A DNA stretch of 64,000 nucleotides, taken from positions 24,800,001-24,864,000 of the forward strand of contig NC_134471.1 in the NCBI RefSeq assembly GCF_964194025.1, given 5' to 3'. This document shows, piece by piece, positions 13,008-26,700 of this stretch (positions are counted from its first letter, which is position 1; the number at the start of each line of letters is the position of its first letter). Origin of the DNA: Convolutriloba macropyga. Taxonomy: Eukaryota. The position numbers and the translations under genes are program-made. Below the pieces are notes generated by a model. That model was not told the DNA's origin. It was given only the letters and a program-made list of their open reading frames with translations, and made no database searches.

Positions 13008-16000
13008 AACTTTCATATCACTTCTGCCTTCAACAAAATATTTGAAACTCTCATTTCAGGAGAAATTGTTCAATGATCGTTTCAATGGTTCATTCTGTTC
13101 ACAACAAGTGTGAATCACTTGGTAAGCATTAAAAAGGGTCATAAAATAGCATCCAGAGCGTTCCTGCTTATGATATATAACGTTATAATCGACTTTTTGT
13201 TCTGTAAATGAGACTTTTCTGTGAGTCCATTCACTTTGAATCATTAATAGGTAGCAAAGACACAAAGAACCAAATTCAAGTAACCAATTGAGAGGGAAAA
13301 AGCAGATAGTCCCCCCAATATAGTCAATCATACGTTTTGTGTTACGATATTATAACGTTTTTCAATGATTAAACAGGTACCTGGCGAAAAACGTAAATGG
13401 TCACTTTTCTCAACCTTCCAATCCCTTGTAAAGTCATCCTATAGCATAACGGCACTCCTACTGAAACTACCACACAGTTTAAGGAAGAAAAACGGGGTCC
13501 AAAATTTTTTCGCCTTAAAGTCATTTTTCTCTCGGGCCTAATCGGAAAGTTTCATATCAACTTTACCGTCGATAACGTGTTTGAAATACTCGTTTCCAGA
13601 AAAAAAGTTCAATGATCGTTTCAATGGTTCATTCTCTTCACACCAAGTGCGAATCACTTGGTAAGCATTAAAAAGGGTCATAAAAAAGCATCCAGAGCGT
13701 TCCTGCTTATGATATATAATGTTATTATCGACTTTTTGTTCTGTAAATGAGACTTTTCTGTGAGTCCATTCACTTTGAACATTAATAGGTAGCAAAGACA
13801 CAAAGAACCAAATGCAAGTAACCAATTGAGAGGGAAAAAGCAGATAGACCCCCCAATATAGTCAATCATACGTTCTGTGTTACGATATTATAACGTTTTT
13901 CAATGATTAAATAGGTACCTGGCGAAAAACGTAAATGGTCACTTTTCTCAACCTTCCAATCCCTTGTAAAATCATCCTATAGCATAACGGCACTCCTACT
14001 GAAACTACCACACAGTTTAAGGAAGAAAAACGGGGTCCAAAATTTTTTCGCCTTAAAGTCATTTTTCTCTCGGGCCTAATCGGAAAGTTTCATATCAACT
14101 TTAACGTCGATAACGTGTTTGAAATACTCGTTTCCAGAAAAAAAATTCAATGATCGTTTCAATGGTTCATTCTGTTCACACCAAGCGTGAATCACTTGAT
14201 AAGCATTAAAAAGGGTCATAAAAAGCATCCAGAGCGTTCCTGCTTATGATATATAATGTTATAATCGACTTTTTGTTTCTTAAATGAGACTTTTCTGTGA
14301 GTCCATTCACTTTGTATCATTAATAGGTTGCAAAGACACAAAAAACCAAATGCAAGTAACCGATTGAGAGGGAAAAAGCAGATAGTTCCCCCAATATAGT
14401 CAATCATACGTTCTGTGTTAAGATATTATAACGTTTTTCAATGATTAAACAGGTACCTGGCGAAAAACGTAAATGGTCACTTTTCTCAACCTTCCAATCA
14501 CTTGTAAAGTCATCCTATAACAAAACGGCACTCCTGCTGAAACTACCACACAGTTTAAGGAAGAAAAACGGGGTCCAAAATTTTTAAGCCTTAAAGTTAT
14601 TTTTCTCTCGGGCCTAATCGGAAAGTTTCATATCAACTTTACCGTCGATAACGTGTTTGAAATACTCGTTTCCAGAAAAAAAGTTCAATGATCGTTTCAA
14701 TGGTTCATTCTGTTCACACCAGGTGTGAATCACTTGGTAAGCATTAAAAAGGGTCATAAAAAAGCATCCAGAGCGTTCCTGCTTATGATATATAATGTTA
14801 TAATCGACTTTTTGTTCTGTAAATGAGACTTTTCTGTGAGTGCATTCACTTTGAATCATTAATAGGTAGCAAGGACACAAAAAACCAAATGCAAGTAACC
14901 AGTTGAGAGGGAAAAGGCAGATAGTCCCCCCAATATAGTCAATCATACGTTCTGTGTTACGATATTATAACGTTTTTCAATGATTAAACAGGTACCTGGC
15001 GAAAAACGTAAATGGTCACTTTTCTCAACCTTCCAATCCCTTGTATAGTCATCCTATAGCATAACGGCACTCCTACTGAAACTACCACACAGTTTAAGGA
15101 AGAAAAACGGGGTCCAAAATTTTTTCGCCATAAAGTTATTTTTCTCTCGGGCCTAATCGGAAAGTTTCATATCAACTTTACCGTCGATAACGTGTTTGAA
15201 ATACTCGTTTCCAGAAAAATAGTTCAATGATCGTTGCAATGGTTCATTCTGTTCACAACAAGTGTGAATAACTTGGTCAGCACTAAAAAGGGCCATAAAA
15301 AGGCATCCAGAGCGTTCCTGCTTACGATATATAATGTTATAATTGACTTTTTGTTCTGTTAATGAGACTTTTCTGTGAGTCCATTCACTTTGAATCATTA
15401 ATAGGTAGCAAAGACACGAAGAACCAAATGCAAGTTACCAATTGAGAGGGAAAAAGCAGATAGTCCCCCAAATATAGTCAATCATACGTTCTGTGTTACG
15501 ATATTATAACGTTTTTCAATGATTAAACAGGTACCTGGCGAAAAACGTAAATGGTCACTTTTCTCAACCTTCCAATCCCTTGTAAAGTCATCCTATAGCA
15601 TAACGGCACTCCTACTGAAACTACCACACAGCTTAAGGAAGAAAAACGGGGTCCAAATTTTTTTCGCCATAAAGTTATTTTTCTCTCGGGCCTAATCGGA
15701 AAGTTTCATATCAACTTTACCGTCGATAACGTGTTTGAAATACTCGTTTCCAGAAAAAAGGTTCAATGATCGTTTCAATGGTTCATTCTGTTCACACCAA
15801 GTGTGAATCACTTGGTAAGCATTAAAAAGGGTAATAAAAAAGCATCCAGAGCGTTCCTGCTTATGATATATAATGTTATAATCGACTTTTTGTTCTGTAA
15901 ATGAGACTTTTCTGTGAGTCCATTCACTTTGAATCATTAATAGGTAGCAAGGACGCACAGAACCAAATTCAAGTAACCAATTTAGAGGGAAAAAGCAGAT

Positions 16001-19000
16001 AGTCCCCCCAATATAGTCAATCATACGTTCTGTGTTACGATATTATAACGTTTTTCAATGATTAAACAGGTACCTGGCGAAAAACGTAAATGGTCACTTT
16101 TCTCAACCTTCCAATCCCTTGTAAAGTCATCCTATAGCATAACGGCACTCCTACTGAAACTAACACACAGTTTAATGAAGAAAAACTGGGTCCAAAATAT
16201 TTTCGCCTTAAAGTTATTTTTCTCTCGGGCCTAATCGGAAAGTTTCATATCAACTTTACCGTCGATAAAGTATTTGAGAGACTCGTTTCCACAAAAATAG
16301 TTCAATGATCGTTGCAATGGTTCATTCTAATCACACCAAGTGTGAATCACTTGGTAAGCATTAAAAAGGGGTCATAAAAAAGCATCCAGAGCGTTCCTGC
16401 TTATGATATATAATGTTATAATCGACTTTTTGTTCTGTAAATGAGACTTTTCTGTGAGTCCATTCACTTTGAATCATTAATAGGTAGCAAAGACACGAAG
16501 AACCAAATGCAAGTAACCAATTGAGAGGGAAAAAGCAGATAGTCCCCCAAATATAGTCAATCATACGTTCTGTGTTACGGTATTATAACGTTTTTCAATG
16601 ATTAAAGAGGTACCTGGCGAAAAACGTAAATGGTCACTTTTCTCAACCTTCCAATCCCTTGTAAAGTCATCCTATAGCATAACGGCACTCCTACTGAAAC
16701 TACCACACAGTTTAGGGAAGAAAAACGGGGTCCAAAATTTTTTCGCCTTAAAGTTATTTTTCTCTCGGGCCTAATCGGAAGGTTTCATATCAACTTTACA
16801 GTCGATAACGTGTTTGAAATACTCGTTTCCAGAACAAAAGTTCAATTATCGTTTCAATGGTTCATTCTGTTCACACCAAGTGTGGATCATTGGTAAGCAT
16901 TAAAAAGGGTCATAAAAAAGCATCCAGAGCGTTCCTGCTTATGATATATAATGTTATAATCGACTTTTTGTTCTGTAAATGAGACTTTTCTGTGAGTCCA
17001 TTCACTTTGAATCATTAATAGGTAGCAAAGACACGAAGAACCAAATGCAAGTAACTAATTGAGAGGGAAAAAGCAGATAGTCCCCCAAATATAGTCAATC
17101 ATACGTTCTGTGTTACGATATTATAACGTTTTTCAATGATTAAACAGGTACCTGTCGAAAAACGTAAATGGTCACTTTTCTCAACCTTCCAATCCCTTGT
17201 AAAGTCATCCTATAGCATAACGGCACTCCTACTGAAACTACCACACAGCTTAAGGAAGAAAAACGGGGTCCAAAATTTTTTCGCCTTAAAGTTATTTTTC
17301 TCTCGGGCCTAATCGGAAAGTTTCATATCAACTTTACCGTCGATAACGTGTTTGAAATACTCGTTTCCAGAAAAAAAGTTCAATTATCGTTTCAATGGTT
17401 CATTCTGTTCACACCAAGTGTGAATCACTTGGTAAGCATTAAAAAGGGTCATAAAAAAGCATCCAGACCGTTCCTGCTTACGATATATAATGTTATAATC
17501 GACTTTTTGTTCTGTAAATGAGACTTTTCTGTGAGTCCATTCACTTTGAATCATTAATAGGTAGCAAAGACACAAAGAACCAAATGCAAGTAACCAATTG
17601 AGATGGAAAAAGCAGATAGTCCCGCCAATATAGTCAATCATACGTTCTGTGTTACGATATTATAACCTTTTTCAATGATTAAACAGGTACCTGGCGAAAA
17701 ACGTAAATGGTCACTTTTCTCAACCTTCCAATCCCTTGTAAAGTCATTTTATAGCATAACGGCACTCCTACTGAAACTACCATACAGATTAAGGAAGAAA
17801 AACGGGGGTCCAAAATTTTTTCGCCTTAAAGTTATTTTTCTCTCGGGCCTAATCGGAAAGTTTCATATCAACTTTACCGTCGATAACGTGTTTGAAACAC
17901 TCGTTTCCAGAAAAAAAGTTCAATTATCGTTTCAATGGTTCATTCTGTTCAAACCAAGTGTGAATCACTTGGTAAGCATTAAAAAGGGTCATAAAAAAGC
18001 ATCCAGAGCGTTCCTGCTTACGATATATAATGTTATAATCGACTTTTTGTTCTGTAAATGAGAATTTTCTGTGAGTCCATTCACTTTGAATCATTAATAG
18101 GTAGCAGAGACACAAAGAACCAAATGCAAGTAACCAATTGAGATGGAAAAAGCAGATAGTCCCTCCAATATAGTCAATCATACGTTCTGTGTTACGATAT
18201 TATAACCTTTTTCAATGATTAAACAGGTACCTGGCGAAAAACGTAAATGGTCACTTTTCTCAACCTTCCAATCCCTTGTAAAGTCATTTTATAGCATAAC
18301 GGCACTCCTACTGAAACTACCATACAGATTAAGGAAGAAAAACGGGGGTCCAAAATTTTTTCGCCTTAAAGTTATTTTTCTCTCGGGCCTAATCGGAAAG
18401 TTTCATATCAACTTTACCGTCGATAACGTGTTTGAAACACTCGTTTCCAGAAAAAAGTTCAATTATCGTTTCAATGGTTCATTCTGTTCAAACCAAGTGT
18501 GAATCACTTGGTAAGCATTAAAAAGGGTCATAAAAAAGCATCCAGAGCGTTCCTGCTTATGATATATAATGTTATAATCGACTTTTTGTTCTGTAAATGA
18601 GAATTTTCTGTGAGTCCATTCACTTTGAATCATTAATAGGTAGCAAAGACACAAAGAACCAAATGCAAGTAACCAATTGAGATGGAAAAAGCAGATAGTC
18701 CCTCCAATATAGTCAATCATACGTTCTGTGTTACGATATTATAACCTTTTTCAATGATTAAACAGGTACCTGGCGAAAAACGTAAATGGTCACTTTTCTC
18801 AACCTTCCAATCCCTTGTAAAGTCATCCTATAGCAAAACGGCACTCCTACTGAAACTACCACACAGTTTAAGGAAGAAAAACGGGGTCCAAAATTTTTTC
18901 GCCTTAAAGTTATTTTTCTCTCGGGCCTAATCGGAAAGTTTCATATCAACTTTACCGTCGATAACGTGTTTGAAATACTCGTTTCCAGAAAAAAAGTTCA

Positions 19001-22000
19001 ATGATCGTTTCAATGGTTCATTCTGTTCACACCAAAAGTGAATCACTTGGTAAGCATTAAAAAGGGTCATAAAATAGCATCCAGAGCGTTCCTGCTTATG
19101 ATATATAACGTTATAATCGACTTTTTGTTCTGTAAATGAGACTTTTCTGTGAGTCCATTCACTTTGAATCATTAATAGGTAGCAAAGACATAAAGAACCA
19201 ACTGCAAGTAACCAATTGAGAGGGAAAAAGCAGATCGTCCCCCCAATATAGTCAATCATACGTTCTGTGTTACGATATTATAACGTTTTTCAATGATTAA
19301 ACAGGTACCTGGCGAAAAACGTAAATGGTCACTTTTCTCAACCTTCCAATCCCTTGTAAAGTCATCCTATAGCATAACGGCACTCCTACTGAAACTACCA
19401 CACAGTTGAAAGAAGAAAAACGGGGTCCAAAATTTTTTTGCCTTAAAGTTATTTTTCTCTCGGGCCTAATCGGAAAGTTTCATATCAACTTTACCGTCGA
19501 TAACGTATTTGAAATACTCGTTTCCACAAAAAAAGTTCAATGATCGTTTCAATGGTTCATTCTGTTGACACCAAGTGTGAATCACTTGGTAAGCATTAAA
19601 AAGGGTCATAAAAAAGCATCCAGAGCGTTCCTGCTTATGATATATAATGTTATAATCGACTTTTTGTTCTGTAAATGAGACTTTTCTGTGAGTGCATTCA
19701 CTTTGAATCATTAATAGGTAGCAAGGACACAAAAAACCAAATGCAAGTAACCAGTTGAGAGGGAAAAGGCAGAGATAGTCCCACCAATATAGTCAAACAT
19801 ACGTTCTGTGTTACGATATTATAACGTTTTTCAATGATTAAACAGGTACCTGGCGAAAAACGTAAATGGTCACTTTTCTCAACCTTCCAATCCCTTGTAA
19901 AGTCATCCTATAGCATAACGGCACTCCTACTGAAACTACCACACAGTTTAAGGAAGAAAAACGGGGTCCAAAATTTTTTCGCCTTAAAGTTATTTTTCTC
20001 TCGGGCCTAATCGGAAAGTTTCATATCAACTTTACCGTCGATAACGTATTTGAAATACTCGTTTCCACAAAAAAAGTTCAATGATCGTTTCAAAGGTTCA
20101 TTCTGTTCACACCAAGTGTGAATCACTTGGTAAGCATTAAAAAAGGTCATAAAAAAGCATCCAGAGCGTTCCTGCTTATGATATATAATGTTATAATCGA
20201 CTTTTTGTTCTGTAAATGAGACTTTTCTGTGAGTGCATTCAGTTTGAATCATTAATAGTTAGCGAGCACACAAAAAACCAAATGCAAGTAGCCAATTGAG
20301 AAGGAAAATGCAGATAGTCCCACCAATATAGTCAAACATACGTTCTGTGTTACGATATTATAACGGTTTTCAATGATTAAACAGGTACCTGGCGAAAAAC
20401 GTAAATGGTCACTTTTCTCAACCTTCCAAACCTTTGTAAAGTCATCCTATAGCATAACGGCACTCCTACTGAAACTACCACACAGTTTAAGGAAGAAAAA
20501 CGGGGTCCAAAACTTTTTCGCCTTAAAGTTATTTTTCTCTCGGGCCTAATCGGAAAGTTTCATATCAACTTTACCGTCGACAACGTGTTTGAAATACTCG
20601 TTTCTAAAAAAAAAGTTCAATGATCGTTTCAATGGTTCATTCTGTTCACACCAAGTGTGAATCACTCGGTAAGCATTAAAAACGGGTCATAAAAAAGCAT
20701 CCAGAGCGTTCCTGCTTATGAAATATAATGTTATAATCGACTTTTTGTTCTGTAAATGAGACTTTTCTGTGAGTCCATTCACTTTGAATCATTAAAAGGT
20801 AGCAAGGACACACAAAGCCAAATGCAAGTAACCAATTGACAGAGAAAAAGTAGATAGTCCCCCCAATATAGTCAATTATACGTTTTGTGTTACGATAATA
20901 TAACGTTTTTCAATGATTAAACAGGTACCTGGCGAAAAACGTAAATGGTCACTTTTCTCAACCTTCCAATCCCTTGTAAAGTCATCCTATAGAATAACGG
21001 CACTCCTACTGAAACTACCATACAGTTTAAGGAAGAAAAACGGGGTCCAAAATTTTTTCGCCCTAAAGTTATTTTTCTCTCGGGCCTAATCGGAAAGTTT
21101 CATATCAACTTTACCGTCGATAACGTGTTTGAAATACTCGTTTCCAGAAAAAAAGTTCAATGATCGTTTCAATGGTTCATTCTGTTCGCATCAAATGTGA
21201 ATCACTTGGTAAGCATTAAAAAGGGTCATAAAATAGCATCCAGAGCGTTCATGCTTATGATATATAACGTTATAATCGACTTTTTGTTCTGTAAATGAGA
21301 CTTTTCTGTGAGTCCATTCACTTTGAATCATTAATAGGTAGCAAAGACACAAAAAAACCAACTGCAAGTAACCAATTGAGAGGGAAAAAGCAGATAGTCT
21401 CCCCAATATAGTCAATCATACGTTCTGTGTTACGATATTATAACGTTTTTCAATGATTAAACAGGTACCTGGCGAAAAACGTAAATGGTCACTTTTCTCA
21501 ACCTTCCAATCCCTTGTAAAGTCATCCTATAGCATAACGGCATTTCTACTGAAACTACCATACAGTTTAAGGAAGAAAAACGGGGTCCAAAATTTTTTCG
21601 CCTTAAAGTTATTTTTCTCTCGGGCCTAATCGGAAAGTTTCGTATCAACTTTACCGTCGATAACGTATTCGAAATACTCGTTTCCACAAAAAAAGTTCAA
21701 TGATCGTTTCAATGCTTCATTCTGTTCACACCAAGTCTGAATAACTTGGTAAGCACTAAGAAGGGCCATAAAAAAGCATCCAGAGCGTTCTTGCTTATGA
21801 TATATAATGTTATAATCGACTTTTTGTTCTGTAAATTAGACTTTTCTGTGAGTGCATTCACTTTGAATCATTAAAAGGTAGCAAGGACACACAAAGCCAA
21901 ATGCAAGTAACCAATTGACAGAGAAAAAGTAGATAGTCCCCCCAATATAGTCAATTATACGTTTTGTGTTACGATAATATAACGTTTTTCAATGATTAAA

Positions 22001-24000
22001 CAGGTACCTGGCGAAAAACGTAAATGGTCACTTTTCTCAACCTTCCAATCCCTTGTAAAGTCATCCTATAGAATAACGGCACTCCTACTGAAACTACCAT
22101 ACAGTTTAAGGAAGAAAAACGGGGTCCAAAATTTTTTCGCCCTAAAGTTATTTTTCTCTCGGGCCTAATCGGAAAGTTTCATATCAACTTTACCGTCGAT
22201 AACGTGTTTGAAATACTCGTTTCCAGAAAAAAAGTTCAATGATCGTTTCAATGGTTCATTCTGTTCGCATCAAATGTGAATCACTTGGTAAGCATTAAAA
22301 AGGGTCATAAAATAGCATCCAGAGCGTTCATGCTTATGATATATAACGTTATAATCGACTTTTTGTTCTGTAAATGAGACTTTTCTGTGAGTCCATTCAC
22401 TTTGAATCATTAATAGGTAGCAAAGACACAAAAAAACCAACTGCAAGTAACCAATTGAGAGGGAAAAAGCAGATAGTCTCCCCAATATAGTCAATCATAC
22501 GTTCTGTGTTACGATATTATAACGTTTTTCAATGATTAAACAGGTACCTGGCGAAAAACGTAAATGGTCACTTTTCTCAACCTTCCAATCCCTTGTAAAG
22601 TCATCCTATAGCATAACGGCATTTCTACTGAAACTACCATACAGTTTAAGGAAGAAAAACGGGGTCCAAAATTTTTTCGCCTTAAAGTTATTTTTCTCTC
22701 GGGCCTAATCGGAAAGTTTCGTATCAACTTTACCGTCGATAACGTATTCGAAATACTCGTTTCCACAAAAAAAGTTCAATGATCGTTTCAATGCTTCATT
22801 CTGTTCACACCAAGTCTGAATAACTTGGTAAGCACTAAGAAGGGCCATAAAAAAGCATCCAGAGCGTTCTTGCTTATGATATATAATGTTATAATCGACT
22901 TTTTGTTCTGTAAATTAGACTTTTCTGTGAGTGCATTCACTTTGAATCATTAATAGGTAGCGAGGACACAAAAAACCAAATGCAAGTAACCAGTTGAGAG
23001 GGAAAAGACAGATAGTCCCCCCAATAAAGTCAATCATACGTTTTGTGTTACGATATTATAACGTTTTTCAACGATTAAACAGGTACCTGGCGAAAAACGT
23101 AAATGGTCACTTTTCTCAACCTTCCAACCCCTTGTAAAGTCATCCTATAGCATAACGGCATTCCTACTGAAGTTACCACACAGTTTAAGGAAGAAAAACG
23201 GGGTCCAAAATTTTTTCGCCTTAAAGTTATTTTTCTCTCGGGCCTAATCGGAAAGTTTCATATCAACTTTACCGTCGATAACGTGTTTGAAATACTCGTT
23301 TCCAGAAAAAAAGTTCAATTATCGTTTCAATGGTTCATTCTGTTCAAACCAAGTGTGAATCACTTGGTAAGCATTAAAAAGGGTCATAAAAAAGCATCCA
23401 GAGCGTTCTTGCTTATGATATATAATGTTATAATCGATTTTTTTTTCTGTGAATGAGACTTTTCTGTGAGTGCATTCACTTTGAATCATTAATAGGTAGC
23501 AAGGACACAAAAAACCAAATGCAAGTAACCAGTTGAGAGGGAAAAGGCAGATAGTCCCCCAAATAAAGTCAATCATACGTTTTGTGTTACGATATTATAA
23601 CGTTTTTCAACGATTAAACAGGTACCTGGCGAAAAACGTAAATGGTCAATTTTCTCAACCTTCCAACCCCTTGTAAAGTCATCCTATAGCATAACGGCAC
23701 TCCCACTGAAACTACCACACAGTTTAAGGAAGAAAACGGGGTCCAAAACTTTTTCGCCTTAAAATTATTTTTCTCTCGGGCCTAATCGGAAAGTTTTATA
23801 TCAACTTTACCGTCGATAACGTGTTTGAATTACTCGTTTCCAGAAAAAAAGTTCAATGATCGTTTCAATGGTTCATTCTGTTCACACCAAGTGTGAATCA
23901 CTTGGTAAGCATTAAAAAGGGTCATAAAAAAGCATCCAGAGGGTTCCTGCTTATGATATATAATGCTATAATCGACTTTTTGTTCTGTAATTGAGACTTT
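13008..24000. repeat. Tandem satellite, ~539-bp unit, ~20 copies, with local higher-order structure
   Basis: Anchor AAAGTTTCATATCAACTTTACCGTCG recurs at ~13546, 14085, 14622, 15161 ... 23251, 23790 (spacing 537-541); first unit partial and degenerate; array stops abruptly at GAGACTTT|CG at 24000. Confidence 0.97.
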
Positions 24001-24900
24001 CGTTGTAATTTTTGTAAGGCTATATAACTGTCTTTACCAAAATAGATAGTAAATTGAGTTGTCAAAAAATCTTTTGGGACACAAAACTGCGATTCAGGGT
24101 TTTGCATGAGTTATGAAATACCTTTTTTAAAATTTTTCTGCTTTTGGTTTATTTTCTGCCACAACAAATGGGATAAGCTTTCTTAACGTTTACTACACTC
24201 TTTTGATCCTTCTTCATGGCAAACAACCTAATTAGGCCAATTGGATACTGGTTTCAAAATAATCAAAAAAAGTTGTGTCTATGAGCAACAAATGAAGTGG
24301 ATAATTGCTCACTGACATGAAATCAGCTTCCTTTAAATTTTAGAAGGAGCTGCTATCTTTTGAATTTTTTGACAGTTTAAAGGCCGTAAAACGCCACTAT
24401 TAGATCACTAACAAACAATTGCGGTGTTCGTTAGAAAACAGGCTGTTCAATTATCTTTCAAGTATAAAAATTGGACAGCAATTTCTTGAAAGCTAACACG
24501 AAACCAAAAATTAAGTGTCGCTGATTTTTTGTCTTTTTACAATAATTCTTTAAGCATTATAGACAGGAACCGTAGGAAGTGTGTCAAGTTGGCGTGTTGT
24601 CCTCCTCTGTGTTTGCAGGTCACTAGTTTTAAAAAAACTTTGCTATGGTGTTGCTTTTTTGAGTGCAAAGGAAATGTAAAAATTGTGTTTGTACAAAACT
24701 ATGCTGCATCTACGTCGTGCAATTGTTTTTGTTGCCGGTAGCCTATTTCAGGCACCCGTCTGCGATTATCCTTCAGTTTTTAGGAATTAAAGTGACTGCT
24801 GTTTTGAAATTTTGGCAATTCTTTCACTGTTTAGGTATTTCGTAAAACTAGCAGTACTCGGTTGTGCTATTTTTCAAAAAACGTATTTACAAAGATTCTA
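24001..24900 (+). pseudogene. Probable decayed second EnSpm-type transposase (N-terminal half)
   Basis: Broken-frame fragments in the expected order: ISFL*..LEGAAIF (~24320-24360, cf. 'LNxDGAPIF'), ..CCPP...WCCFFECKG (~24595-24672, cf. 'D.PA...GC..C..G'), GIKVTAVL (~24783, cf. 'GIKG.S.L'). Confidence 0.35.
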
Positions 24901-25599
24901 CATGAAACATGCGTTTAAAGATGATGCGAAAACCATGTTAGCAAAGCATACCCTGCAAGAACATCAAGGAGAGCCTACACTGCGACCCGATTTGTGTTGC
25001 GTTAGCGTTTCTTCTTCGTAGAGCGTTTTTTCACGCAGGAACAGGCCTTATTGTGTCATGAAAAAATGGTGTACGTCTCAGTAATATTGAAATATCTCTG
25101 TGAATACTGAACGGATTTAAGCGAACGTAGGCTTGTTTTGTCGTGCATGGAACCGTCTCGCCGATTGATAGTGGTTGCGGCTGCAGCTCGGCGAGGTCGA
25201 TCAGAATTTTTAGCGGTAAAACGGAAATTACCCTATTTTGGGTACTTTTCGGAGCGGCCGATTTTCGAAACTTCAAAATGAGTGATTTAAGCTACAGATA
25301 ATGGTTCTGGAGCTTCGTCCTTATGCCTGGAGTCCGTTGCGTATGTTTTCCTATGTACTTTTCCGGAGTTTAGGGGTTCAATTTTCACTCTGCACGTGCC
25401 GTACCCCCATTTTTCACAAAAACGTGCCCTTAATGCAGAGGTTGATAAAATGTTGAAAAATTGGTGTTTTGGTGTCAAATAATGGCCTATGACACCCAGT
25501 ATTATGTACTGATGGAATTGTAGTGTAGTGTGTACAAGTATTTCAATGTTGACATTGAAAATTTTGACGATCCAGGTCACGTACCAGGTGGATTATTTG

Positions 25600-26700
25600 A
25601 CCTGGTACGAAACGTTAATTTTGCAATATCTCCACGAAAACTTAACCGATTTTAGTTTGTGATGGCTCGTTGAACTTGTCTTGAGCTCTAGTTTGATTTG
25701 CTATACGGTTTGTGATAATTCGCCCAGCCGTTACGAAAAGATAGTCCATGACAGGTCAAGCCTGATTTGACCTGAAATTCGACCTATTTTACCTGTTTCT
25801 GCTTATAAAACAACGTTCCCGAGTTCTGTTTGTGATATTTATAGTCCCCATAGTATTGTGATGACATGGGTAAAGTTTCCACAAAGTGTCATTTTCATAA
25901 CCCAGTTATAAGTTATAATTTGGGTCAAATTATGGGTCAAATCCCATATATATGTAGGTTTTGGTACTGTACCTTAAAACTCCAATATCTCTCCGTATAG
26001 TTATTCAATTTTAATTCTGTTTGGTGATCTGAATAGGCCCTGAACCGAGGTTTAATTTGATATAGGTGCCGCTAATTTTGGTGCGTTCAACGTTGAGTTA
26101 TTCACCTGTGAATACCCGCCCAATTTACCTGTGAAAATGGGCCCTGGTACAGCGCCTTTGATCTTTAATAACTCGTGCCCGAATGGTCCGATTTTAAATT
26201 TGGTTAGTGCGTTTAACAGGTCTTGAACTGAGGTTTATTTTGATATAAGGTTCATTCATTTTGGTCCAGGCATCTTGGAGTTATTGGCCTGGACATGACC
26301 CCTCCGGTGTACCCATGAAATGGGCCCTAGTACGGTACATTTAATCTTTAATAACTCGTGAATGAATGGTTCGATTTCAATTGTGTTTGGTGCATTTAAG
26401 AGGGCTTCAACTGAGGTTTATTTTGATATAAGGGTCGTTTATTTTGGTCCAGGCATCTTGGAGTTATTGGCCTAGACATACCCGTCATTTAGCCCATCAA
26501 ATATGGGCTTTGGTACAGTACCTATAACCCTTAATAACTCCTAGTGTAGTTGTTCAATTTTATTTTTATTTTGTGCGTTCAACAGATAATAAATTGACGT
26601 TTCTGTTGGTATAAGGCTCGTGTAATTTGATTCAGCCGTCTTTGAGAAATTGGTACCGAAACACCCTCCCATTTTGCCCATTTTGACCCATTTTTTGACC
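25600..26700. repeat. Degenerate ~182-bp tandem repeats (4-5 units), possibly a nested non-autonomous DNA element
   Basis: GAGGTTTA(A/T)TTTGATATA(A)GG at ~26048, 26230, 26413, with weaker copies ~26596 and ~25690; GGTAC...CTTTAATAACTC recurs with the same period. Confidence 0.7.

Noticed and set aside
13056-23576. Many repeated 60-128 aa ORFs (MIDYIGGTICFF..., MIKQVPGEKRK...) suggesting a tandem gene family
   Set aside because: They are by-products of the 539-bp satellite; stops and frameshifts vary freely between units.
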